Source of the DNA: Takakia lepidozioides
Taxonomy: Eukaryota; Plantae; Bryophyta
Reading direction: 5' to 3'
NCBI GenBank assembly: GCA_030704615.1
Contig: CM060733.1
Location: 56,110,001 to 56,174,000 of the forward strand
Length of the DNA stretch: 64,000 bases
Below the pieces are notes generated by a model that ran no database searches, had not been told where the DNA came from, and saw only the letters and a list, made by a program, of their open reading frames with translations. The first letter of the stretch is position 1. The number at the start of each line of letters is the position of its first letter. Of this stretch, positions 23,701 to 34,500 are shown piece by piece. The position numbers were made by a program, and so were the translations under genes.

Positions 23701-24754
23701 GGCTCTTGGAGTGATTTTGACATGTACCAGCGAAGGGGAGAAAGTGGGGCCCTCAGTAGACGAGTTGAAAAGCACTAGTTAAAAAGCACTGGCGCTTGAT
23801 AGGGTGGGGCAAAATTCAGGCTGGGGTGATCATTGATATCCCGGACGCAATGTAAAAAAGACGGTTGTGAGTGAAGGACACCCGTAGCAAAAAAACCCTG
23901 CTGTCTCAAAAAAGGAGGCAGTCACAAAGAGCAAGGCACTTTGTCCAAGCTTCTCGAATCTAGCAACAATGTGGACAGGGATTGAGTCATTGGGAACAAT
24001 TTATGTAAGGTGGCGAAGAAAACCTTGTCTGAGGATCACTGGATATTTCTCTAGTACGGTTGGACTAGTAGAGATTGAAATCCGTGCTCAGCTCAGCTTC
24101 AGACTGTCTCATTGTGAAGGGTCACGGTTGACTGGACAGAAATGGGATTGACATTGCCGGGCTCCCAAATCTCTGAGACGACATGTGGTAGTTTTATCTA
24201 TAGCTTCTCAAAGCAATTGTTTTACATTGTTCATTATAGTGTGACATTCTCATAACGATATTGTCGTCAGCTGCATGAGCAGTGCATCTTTTTGGATTGT
24301 TGGTACCCATAACCCTAATAACCTTTTTGAACTTTTTAAATTCTCTAAACAAAAGTCTATGTGTTATGTCGTCCAGGGCATGTTGAATAGAGGTGGAAGT
24401 CATTTTATCCATCCATCTTCCACCTGGATGGTCAATGGGCCAAGTCATATCCACCTTGATGGTCAATGTGCCACGCCATATAGTTGCCCCAAATTCCTGT
24501 AGGACATCTGACACTCACCTCACACTCCATGACTCATTTGACACTCATGTCAAATGCCCCATATGAATTATCTTGGTCAACATCTGTTGACCGTATGGGT
24601 GTCATTCGAGTGTGAAATTTGTAACATCATGTGGCTTTTCCTACAATGATCCAAATCACACCTTGCCTCGTCTCACATGGGTGTAAGAAGAGCCGTTCAA
24701 AGTGCCAGGTGTGAACTATGGGTGGTGTTGGAAAAACCGGTTTCTGTAGTAGTG

Positions 24755-25600
24755 TAGTTTGCCAACCCCATGAAAGCTCGAACTCGGCTCACATCCGTGG
24801 GGCGTGGAATTTGTGCAATGGCCTCTACCTTAGTCTGCTGTACCCCCAATCCTCCAGGATATATCATGTGACCCAGATACTCAATCTGGTTGTGGAAAAA
24901 CTTGCACTTCCCCGGATGCAACTTCAATCCGTGCGCTCTCAAGCGCTCCAATACCACCTGAAGGTGTCTCTCATGCTCCTCCACCGTAACACTAAAGATG
25001 ATGATGTCATCTATGTAGCACCGAGCAAAGTCCACCCCTGCTAGAATCCTATCCATGACTCTCTGAAACTCTATAGGAGCATTCTTAAGCCCAAATGGTA
25101 AGAACCGCCACTGATATAGGCAATCCTTGCCGTGCTCATTGATCCCCCAGAATGTCGTCTTCTGCTTGTCCGCCTCCTTGATTGGCAACTGGTGATATCC
25201 GGATCGTAAATCCAAAGTGTTAAAGACCTTAGCATGCCCGATGGCATCAAAGATCTCCTCTGGAGTTGGCATGGCATACTTATTGGACTTGGTTTGACGA
25301 TTTACAGGCCGGTAATCACCGCACATACGTCTCTCCGTCCAATTGCCATAGACATCCTTCTTGGCTGGCATCACTATGGCTGAAGCATACTCTCCACCAG
25401 AGAGCTCCACCAAACCTGCCTCCCAGAGATCTTGAGTCCTCATCTGAATCAAAGACCTCTCCATGTCACTGTATCTATAGGGTCTCCGAAAGATTGGCGT
25501 GTCAGTGGCCAACTCGATACGGATCTCTTGACCCTTCAGTGCTCCCAAGTCTTTCAAACTGAATGCAAAGTAATTCCTGTAAGCCCTCAGGAACCGCCGT
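24755..25600 (-). CDS. pol: Gypsy reverse transcriptase
   Basis: RMCGDYRPVN, LDLRSGYHQL, LPFGLKNAP, YIDDII (active site), KCKF..IEYLGH, RAFMGLANY. Confidence 0.97.
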
Positions 25601-26019
25601 ATTCGTCTCTCTCCTCCGGTGACAATGGGTCCAATATCAGGCTTCCAATTGTCCTCCGTAACTGCAACCTTAAGTCCAGTGGGCTTAGAGGTAGAGGACG
25701 CGTCCAGTGGTTGCTATGTTGCAACCTCTTGAGCAGTGCTCCCTACCTGCTCAGTCAGTGACAAGGCCTCATCCTGCCCCATCATCTCATCCTCAAGGAC
25801 TTCCTCCACCCGAGAAAAATCCCCAACCTCATCTATTATCGCCACCTTGGCTGCCAACTCCCTCTGAACCTCGAGCACCTCCCACGTGTGCCATGGATGT
25901 CTGCACCCCGTGGTCGTCACATGCTCGCCCCCACTCACTACATGTACCGTCTCGGTAGGCAAAGAGACCATCGAGGGAAGTGTACTCCGCACTCTGCGTT
26001 GCTCAACCATAGCCAAGCT

Positions 26020-26965
26020 GATAATCTAGGTCAAGCAATTGAGATCCATTGCTTGCCCCAACACCTGACAACGTGATGCCTCAGAAAGAGATGACACCGC
26101 CGTGGTACCAGTGGTAAAACCCATTGCCCGCTCACGCTCGTCAGCATTAGGCTCCACTAACTGGTGCAACTGAGCATACAACAGGAGGCCAGGTCCACTA
26201 TCCCGGAAAGCATGCGATCCTGGGAAGCTGAGCAGTGTAGGTAATGCTGCTCGTGGTTGACCCACCTTGTTGACCACTGCCAAAGGTGAACGGTCGTCGT
26301 GTCTCACACGCTGAGACTGCCTCCCTGTGTCTAGAATGCTATCCACTGTGAGATGTGCTGGCCGCTGCACCCCATCAAATGCACGCTTGAGCAGTGCGGG
26401 TGACATCAAGTTAGTCCACCATAGCCGTGGACGATGAGCCCGTGACCCCACTGTAGCTGCATCTAGCAACACTGCTGACCCAAGCCACGACCGGACTTGA
26501 TGCACACTGGCCATCACCCTGGCCCCAGAATCGCCCATCAATGGCACATTCTCCAAGATGTATGCTGGAGATACAGCTTGATGAAGCTGCAAGTGGCGCA
26601 AAACCCGCACCATCTCCCAAAACAGACCCGATCTCGAGTCTCGCAATCCATTGCCATGCCCGGCTCATGAATGCCCTTGGCAGGGCCAACCTGCCACTAC
26701 TTGATCAATGGAGCCAACCCGCTCCAAATCCTGCGCCCCCAGCAACGAAATGTCTGCTGGCAATGCCTGCTGATATCCACGAACTACAGACACCGACAAC
26801 AACTCAGGGTACCGCTGCACCAACTGAGCAACATGGTGAAGTGAAACGCGTCGTGCAGTCTCATTCCTCTCCACATACAGGTAACGCCGAACTCGTACAC
26901 CTGCCTGTAACACAGCAGCCAATCCGGTGCTGATCCCGCCAAACAAGTCCAGAAGACAAATGCCT
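26020..26965 (-). CDS. DNMT3-like C5 cytosine DNA methyltransferase domain within pol (one in-frame TGA at 26665-26667)
   Basis: Motif I LLDLFGGISTG, II YVE, IV VAGWPCQG, VI YILENV, VIII AHRPRLWWTN, IX ERERAMGF and X RCQVLGQAM, all in canonical order. In frame with the protease upstream and RT downstream, apart from point stops. Confidence 0.93.
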
Positions 26966-27389
26966 TCATCCGGATACTGCCACACAATAGGTGTGGTGTC
27001 CAATGGAGACAACTGAGGTGGTCCTGGTGCAATCCCCGCACTCTCCTCCTCCCCTGACGGTACAAAAGTATCCACCCAGGCTTGTTGCACCCGTTGATCA
27101 GCATCCCGATGCAAATCCTTGCTCGTGCCCCACAATGAAATCTGAGCAACCATGGTAGGCAACTCTGCCATACCATACATGTTATCCTGCTCTCCCGGAG
27201 GTGGCACATCCTCTGAATGAGCGTTGCCCTCAAGCAACTCTCCAAGCCAACTTATTGCCACTGTGAATGCTGCTAGTGTTGGCATCTTGCCTCGCTGAGC
27301 AACCGCAACTCCTCCTATGAACGTCACAGGGAGCTGCACACGCCGACCCTCCCCTGACTGCCATGCAGGCCTATAGGAAGCTGACTCCT

Positions 27390-27700
27390 CCCAAAAATCC
27401 AGGGTGAAGCCCATGGGGTACAACACTGCCCCACCAACCAGGACATCGTATGGGACCGCGTCTGTCACAATGGCCTTGGCTCGCATCACTGAGCCATCTG
27501 TAGGGTGATCCGGCCGTAGTCTGATAGCCAACTCACGCTGTGTCATGCCCCGAGCCTGCTCCGATCCTCCCAGAGACGTCTATATCTGGAAAGGACAAGG
27601 CTCCATATCTGCCTCCGTGAGGCCCAAGCCTGCAATAGCAGCTCTGCCCAGCATCAATGGCTAAGCTCCCGAGTCCAACAAAACCCGCAGTGGCCGGACC
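27390..27700 (-). CDS. Retroviral-type aspartic protease (two in-frame TAG stops, upstream frameshift)
   Basis: My translation reads PLRVLLDSGA*PLMLG...FQI*TSLGG...YDVLVGGAVL, with the DSG active site. Confidence 0.9.
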
Positions 27701-29867
27701 TCTTGCCTGCCGGTCCACTCAAACAGAAAATGCCATCCTGGTTGTCTAACATGACAACTCCAGGTGTAACCATGGCGTGCTCAATGGCTGGCCTAGCTGG
27801 CAGCTCCATCAACCTGGCAGCTGCAGCTTGCCATGGCGCCGCCGTGACAGTCTTGACCCTCAAATCCGAGGATCCCTCCGGCACTACACCTCCCACTATC
27901 TCCACAGAAGATGAAGTAACCTCCCCACTCTCACAGAGTGTAGCTGCCAGCCTGAACACCTCAGCTGGTCTTACCCCCGACGTCGCAATCATGGTAGCCA
28001 AGAACAATGGAGCCTGGCACACAGATGTGGCCACTCCTAGCAGCACACTAGCTGCCGTAGCCTTGCCAATACTAGGTAGTGGTGCTACCCGTGTAGCTCT
28101 CCCCAATGGCATAGTAACCTCCGCCTCAGTAACAGTCGGGCGAGAACTAGGTGCCATGGATGGCGTCGACACTGTCTCCACCAATGTGAATGACTGAGGA
28201 AGCCTAGCCTGACGGCTTGCCTCCCCACGCTGTGGATCCAACTCCACCTCTGCACCTCATGGCTCAGGAACTCGTGCTGCTCCTCGAGTCACGGCTGCAG
28301 CAGACTCCACCTGCACTAGTGGTAGTGCTGCTCCGCACATGAATCCCATGCCTCCCATATCTCCTCCCTCAGGAGCAGGAGGTGGACCATCCGGCCTTGG
28401 AGCCGGTACCACCTGAGCTGTAGCCGTGGCAGCGAGCCTCTGCTCTAGCTGCTGAAGCCGGTTGGCCATGCCTTGGTCAACACCCTGACCTCCGCGTCCT
28501 TGGCTATGTTGAGCTTGCCCTTGGCCTGCACCTCGTGCCTGGCCACCTCGTCCTCTCTGGGCTGCTCCACCTCGCCCCCGGCCACCATTGTTCCCTTGGA
28601 ACTGGCCTGGGCGCAACTCAGGATGCAAACCATAACACTGGGCCTCTCCATGCCCGTGCTTGCCACAATGCCCACACTGCAATTGTGCAGGCTGTGCATG
28701 TGCTGGCCATTTGCCTCCCTCTGGACAATCCTTCTTGACGTGGGGTCCTCCACATATCCAACACACCACATCCGCCCGTTGTTGGCCTGCAAATGAAGGG
28801 AGAGACCCCTGCATCTGAGGTCTTCTCTGCCCTTCCCTGAGCTTCACCTGAGCCCCCTTGTTGCCTTGAGTACGTTGAGGTAGTGGTTGGCTAGGAGCAC
28901 CACTACCCCGTGGTGTCTCCTTAGCAAATCCCACCATGACCACTCGTTCCTCCACCATGTTGAGCTCTATCTGCTTTGCCAGCAAAAACACATTTGCTAA
29001 GGTGGGTTGGGCCGCTTGTAGGAGAGTTGCATCCCACACCCTTTTCCTCAGTTCCTTGTCCAATATCCCATACCAGAATTGGACTGCCTGAGCTTCCGTA
29101 ACCCCTTGGGTTACATTTATCAAGCGCCTCATGCGAGTGAAAGCCTCCCTCAAGCTCTCAGTAGGCTTCCGTTGGAACTCTTGCAAGCTCCGCAACTTCT
29201 TTGTCCTCACCCCTTGGTAGTTCCCTCTCAACTCTTCGAAGAACTCCACAACAGGGTTGAAGGCAGGCACGGGTACTGGTGCTGGTGCGGTAGTGGCTTG
29301 GGTGGACGTCGTAGCTACTGTACCACCAGTCCCACTAGTCCCACTGCTACTTGCTGAAGCTGCCGGTGCAGCGGCAGGTGTAGCCATTGCCCTCGTGGCT
29401 CTAGTGCCCCTAGTAATGGAGACATAGTCGGGTGACCAGTACATCCTCCACTCCTCGATCTCAACCTCATGCCCCTGCCTGAACTCATGGTAATCATCCA
29501 TAGGCGGCCCCTCAAGGTGCTGAAACAGCCCCTTCCATGCCATGAAAGGCGTAAATAGTTGTGGATTGCGCATTTGCTGCAAATCACACCAACTATCAAA
29601 CTCTTGGATAAAATCATCCAACTCGATGGTGCCCACCGTCCCAGAGTACCTCCGTGGCCCCTTTGGTAGCTCCATACATCTCCTCCATTGTGTCCCACAA
29701 CAATGGCAAGGAAACAACTTGCACCGCCGGTATGAGTCCTCCTGATTCACAATCCGAATCAGAACCTTCCGTAGAAGACACAGGAGGTGAAGGTGGCCTA
29801 AACCGCACACCTCGTCTCGTGTACCCACTAGTATCGCTAGTGCTCGAACCGACACTGTCCCCAGCAA
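27700..29867 (-). CDS. gag: Gag (capsid-like region, two zinc knuckles, RGG-rich tract) and Gag-protease linker
   Basis: Retrotransposon-gag-like FQRKPTESLREAFTRM; CWICGGPHVKKDC and CGHCGKHGHGEAQC; GRGRGG repeats. A single TGA at 28257-28259 separates two in-frame ORFs. Confidence 0.9.
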
Positions 29868-29882
29868 CTAGTGGCACCTCCG

Positions 29883-31569
29883 TGTTGACAAATTGTCATT
29901 CAACCGGTCATGAACATGTCCCTAACCCCCTCTTCACAAGGTAACCGGGTAGAGAACTTGTTGCGGCTTATGGTTTGGAATACTAGGTTCCTAACATAGC
30001 CTACACCTGTACCTGCATACACCGCAAGCACTTCTATGGTTGGCTGGTCATCACCTCCAACCTCACCACAGGAGAAACAATGATGGTCTGGCTGGTCATC
30101 ACCCCAGCCTCACCATCGACAGCATGCTCTAGGACTGGCCGGTGATCAAATCCGGACCAATCACCTATAAAAAACAAGCGCCCACACAAAACTAGCATGG
30201 CGCACAGTCAAGCATGCAGGTATGGAGGGGATCCAAACACAAGAAATCAAAACGACAACTCCCCCACACCAAAAACAACTCCACGGTGTTGCTCCTGCAA
30301 AGACATCCCAGCCCAAACCCGGACTGACTCTTGCCTCCACCTATGGAAAGATCTTGGCCTAATGAGAGGGTGGAAACTACGAGGAAGAGAAGCTAAAGCA
30401 ATGCCTAACCCCAGCATGCCCTCATCCCAACACTCTTCATCTCCTTTCTTCCCTCACTTGCATGACCATGGGAATATCATGAAGATACTCCTCAAACGCC
30501 CTCCACGAGCTTCAAAATTCGGCCTTCAAGACCACATGTCAGTCCTTAGTTAGTCCACCAGTACCTCCATGAGTCAGCACAGGCCGTCCACAGGTCAACA
30601 CGGGCCACCACAGACCAGCACAGGCCCACACAACTCACTGGTCACAGCCGTCACAGCCCCACACAGGCACAGCCTGTCACAGCCCTACACATCACAACGT
30701 GTCACAGCCCATCACAGCCCCACAGACCACAGGGCACAGCCCACCACAGCCTGTCACAGCCCATCACAGCTTGTCACAGCTCGCCTCAGCCTATCACAGC
30801 CCATCACAGCCCCACAAGCCACAGGGCACAGCCTGTCACAGCCCGCCACAACTCGTCACAACCCCACAGGCCACTAGGCACAGCCCGTCACAGCCCCACA
30901 GGCCACTGGGCACAGCCTGTCACAGCCCCTCACAGCCCGTCACAGCCCCACAGGCCACATGGCACAACCTGTCACAGCCCGCCACAGCCTGTCACAACCC
31001 ATCACAGCCCCATCCATGGCCACTCATGGCAATTTAGCCATTTCTCCAAGGGGTTTAGCCACGCCAAGCTAGGGTTTGTGTCTCTTGGACTCTAGGCTTC
31101 TTTGCACCGAGCTATGGCGGTTGTGAAGAAATCAGCAAGGTATTCTTGCTATTTTGGCTCCCACACACCACCAATAGTAGCCCTAAGCCATGAGGAAGAT
31201 GGTTGCCTCAAACCAAGTCTTCTTTCTCACTTAGACTCCCCAAACACGCCACTAAACTCAATGGCAAACAATCAAGCCTTGCTGGTTTCCAGCCCTTGTG
31301 AGCACGACTGAAGGCATGCTCCACACATGCCCCACTCTCACCACAAGAGAACCTGAAAATACAAGCTTCAGCGGGCTGGAAGCATGCTCCACACATGCCC
31401 TACAGGGAAACTAGCCCCTTCCTTCCTTTCTTGCACTCCCAAACTTGAAAGTACAAGCCTTCAACAGGGCGAAAGCATGCTCCACACATGCATTGCCCTC
31501 ACATAAGGGAAATCAGCCCTTCCATCTTCCTTGCTTGCCTTCAAGCTTGAAGATGGAATTCCATCAACA
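29883..31569. mobile_element. LTR-like segment (TGTTGA...TCAACA, 1687 bp), unrelated internally to the 8735-8932 LTR; possible solo LTR of another family
   Basis: 6-bp inverted ends, non-coding, with internal short direct repeats (30040/30088; GCATGCTCCACACATGC x3 at ~31315-31490). The flanks CTCCG and GATGA do not form a TSD. Confidence 0.5.
30575..31010. repeat. CACAGCC-based minisatellite
   Basis: Dozens of (T/G)CACAGCC(C/T) units with higher-order blocks. Confidence 0.95.
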
Positions 31570-34500
31570 GATGAGTGTTTTTATGACTTCACATATGACT
31601 ATTTTTTCAGTCTTATATGCGTTCATGACTACATCACTCTGTAGTGAAAAAAACCCTGTCATAGCGACTAGTCTTTAGGACTGCGTTTTGCAAGTCATAT
31701 CCGTGACTGCTTGCGTGACACCTGGAGTCTTGCTGCAGAGAAGGTTGCAGTCACAACTATATGACTACATTGTCTGTTGAGCGCTGCTTACATGGAGAGG
31801 TTTCAGCGGGACACGTGCGCCACTGCGCAAGCGACACGTCATGCATTCGTCAGGGGATCATATGACTATATGTCTGCAAAGTGATGCTTACATGGAGAGG
31901 CGACGGATGGACACGTGCGCCACTGCGAATTTGACATGTCACGACTTCTTGCCATAATCATATGACTACATGTCTGTACAGTGATGCCTACATAGAGAGG
32001 CGCTAGCGGGACATGTGTGCTATGGCAGATTTCACACGTGGTGATTACATGACTCGCTCATATGACTACAGGGATGTCTACATGGAGAGTTGTTAGCGGG
32101 ACACCTGTTGCACTTGAGATGTGACATGTGGCACACAGACAAAATATATGACTAGCATATATGACTACGGATCTTTACACGTGGTGAAAATATGGATAAA
32201 GAATGTCGTGTCATATACTGCCACGTGTTCTGGTTTGAGCAGGAGTGATGCCACGTGTCATCAAGATTGTTTTCCGAAATAGTTTATATTTTTAATGTTT
32301 ATATTTTATATTTTAGTTTTCATTTAATATTTAAAAGAACATGGAGATTGCAGCCTTGGATTTTTTTATAAAATGGTATTATTTTTAATATTATTATTTA
32401 AAATGAAAGTGAATTAAATGATTTAAATTCTTCATTACATGGTGAAATTCCAACATGAAAACAGAATGGATCCCTCCTGCATACTATCAACCCCAAGGAG
32501 AATGAAAATAGTCAACTACAGGGCAATACAAGCCCTAAAAATCACATTACAAAAATCCAAATGAGACCAATGTCCCAATGGACACCTCAAAAGCCATAAG
32601 GTCAAAAAATCCATGCCTCAAAAGGCCCAGCAAAAAACAAGCAAACCCACACATGGGCTGAATTCTTGTAGCTAGTATGCTCTAGTACTATTAGAATCAA
32701 GAACTCTGTTAAACAGTGCAATACTGACTATCCCTTCCGCATAAGTTTCAGTAACTTTAGACTCCAAAGTGTTGTCTGGCCAACCACCTGCCCCAACTCG
32801 GTATGTTTCCTAACACCATTCACATATGGTAGAGGGGTGTTACTGCCACATGCCTCTTTGATGTACACACAGGCATAATCAAGGGGCACAGCAGGGTACC
32901 CGTAACCCACCACAGCACCTTGAAGAGCAACAATCAGCCCTACTCCACATTTCTTGCGTTTGGAGTTCACATCCAACAGCCGAACCTCGTCACCCACCCT
33001 GAACTGTGATCCCGACTCCACACAAAAAAGAACACGATGTGAAAACCCATGACATACACACGACTATGACACTCAACATTTGCGAATTAAAGAGAGCCCC
33101 AAGGTTGGAAAAAATAAAACAAACAAGACAAGGGCCTGGACTTACTCCATTTGCAGTCTCGAGTGGTTGTGAGACCTCTTTTGGGGGGCTACTCGCCGGG
33201 TCGACACTCTTGCCCCTGGTCTGTACCGGCTTGTCGACAATATCACCTTTGTTTGTCACAAGTTCCTGTGTCACAGACCAGAGAACAACCATGAAAGCAA
33301 TGAGCAAACAGGAATAGTGAATAGAAACAAAATCCAAGTATGAATCAAACAAAAAAAGCCAACATGAAAACCTGCAAAGAAAACCTAGCATTAATCAAGC
33401 AACCGAGGAGAAGCATCTAGGAAAGCAATGCAATGAATGAACCCACAAAATTGTAGCCTCTGGAGCACTGTTAGAATGTTTGTACCTTCACAGTAGCAGT
33501 GTTGTATGGTTGTTGTCCGAAAACAGGCTGAGACTCCAAAAACTTGGGAATACTGGCAGCTTTCGATGCCTTCCACAAGAAATGCCACAACACCTCTGTT
33601 AAATACTCATTAGTTGGTGAATCTGGTTGCACTTTCCATGGCTCTGGAAAAATCCCACTGAAGGGAGGATTGTTTGCCGCCTTTCTTGGTGTGTCGTCAA
33701 CAAGAACAGTGTCCTCATAAGTCCATTCTGGCCAGTCTGCCCACACTCTAGACAAGTTCTTGAAATATAATGGCTTTGAATCAGACCCCTTACGGCATGG
33801 GAGGACTGGATCCTCGTCACAGTGAAGGGCATCCCCCTGGAAAACCAGCTTAGTGTGGGCTGCAAAAATATAATCCACCATTGGGAAGAAGTTGCGAGCT
33901 TGGCAACAAGACCACACCGCCACCTCAAAGTGTTCAAAACACTTTTGCAAAAAGTCATAACAGCGTGGTCTCAAAACTACCATCTTCTTGCCACACATCT
34001 TCCCCACAAAACCTTTGGGAAGGGATGCAGGCCCATTAGCAAAATGAAAAGATTCACATAACAGACCATTTAGGTCCAGAATTAGTAAATGCTTCCTCGT
34101 TGGTCCAGGAAGTAAACTGTCATTTGGCTTCAACATGTGAGCAGGAGAAAATAAAACAACCTGCTTGTTTGTTTTGTCCCCGTCTGCATCTTCCTCCCCA
34201 TTTAAACTCCCATATACCTGCATACCAGAATCCGGTGTGCCCGGCGGCTCTGTCACCATCCCCCTGGACTGCTACTGCCTTCGTACATGGCAAGGGCTGA
34301 ATTTCCACGTGTACCTCACAGCTGGCCTTCCCTGTATCCTGCTGTTGCTCGGTCAAATTCAAAAGATCATCAGTGACAGGAAGACATAAGGGCTTAGAGT
34401 GAGCACCAATTACCGTGTGAAATTGGGATTCCAAACATTTTGATACTGTCACAGCAGACGCATCCATCGTAGATGTCACTGGTCCTGCGCCTGGTAGATT

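Larger units (their letters stand above)
11382..24754. mobile_element. Full-length CACTA (En/Spm) DNA transposon, element 1
   Basis: Left TIR CACTAGTACAGAAACTGGTTTTTTTAAC; right TIR (reverse complement) CACTACTACAGAAACCGGTTTTTCCAAC. 3-bp TSD TAG at 11379-11381 and 24755-24757. TCACAC/GTGTGA subterminal repeats and an internal transposase. Confidence 0.97.
8735..29882 (-). mobile_element. Ty3/Gypsy LTR retrotransposon encoding a DNMT3-like methyltransferase and an integrase-linked PHD finger; decayed, interrupted by a CACTA, matching 5' LTR absent
   Basis: Domain order Gag-PR-DNMT-RT-RH-IN-PHD on one strand, with the Gypsy RT-RH-IN order. The frame is continuous across the CACTA insertion once it is excised. 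Confidence 0.93.

Noticed and set aside
24194-24514. 106-aa ORF near the right end of CACTA-1
   Set aside because: No recognisable motif; I cannot support a call without a search.
26020-26965. Host DNMT3/DRM gene or bacterial restriction-modification contaminant
   Set aside because: Intronless, in frame between retroviral protease and RT, decayed like the rest of pol, with no regulatory domains or cognate nuclease.
29820-29882. tRNA primer-binding site for the Gypsy element
   Set aside because: No TGG-initiated tRNA-complementary sequence is evident next to the LTR-like boundary.
30569-31037. Ser/Gln/Pro/His-rich ORFs
   Set aside because: Translations of the CACAGCC minisatellite.
31636-31646. 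CTCTGTAGTG as the right TIR of a CACTA
   Set aside because: It lies within the subterminal repeat field, with repeats on both sides and no matching partner or TSD.
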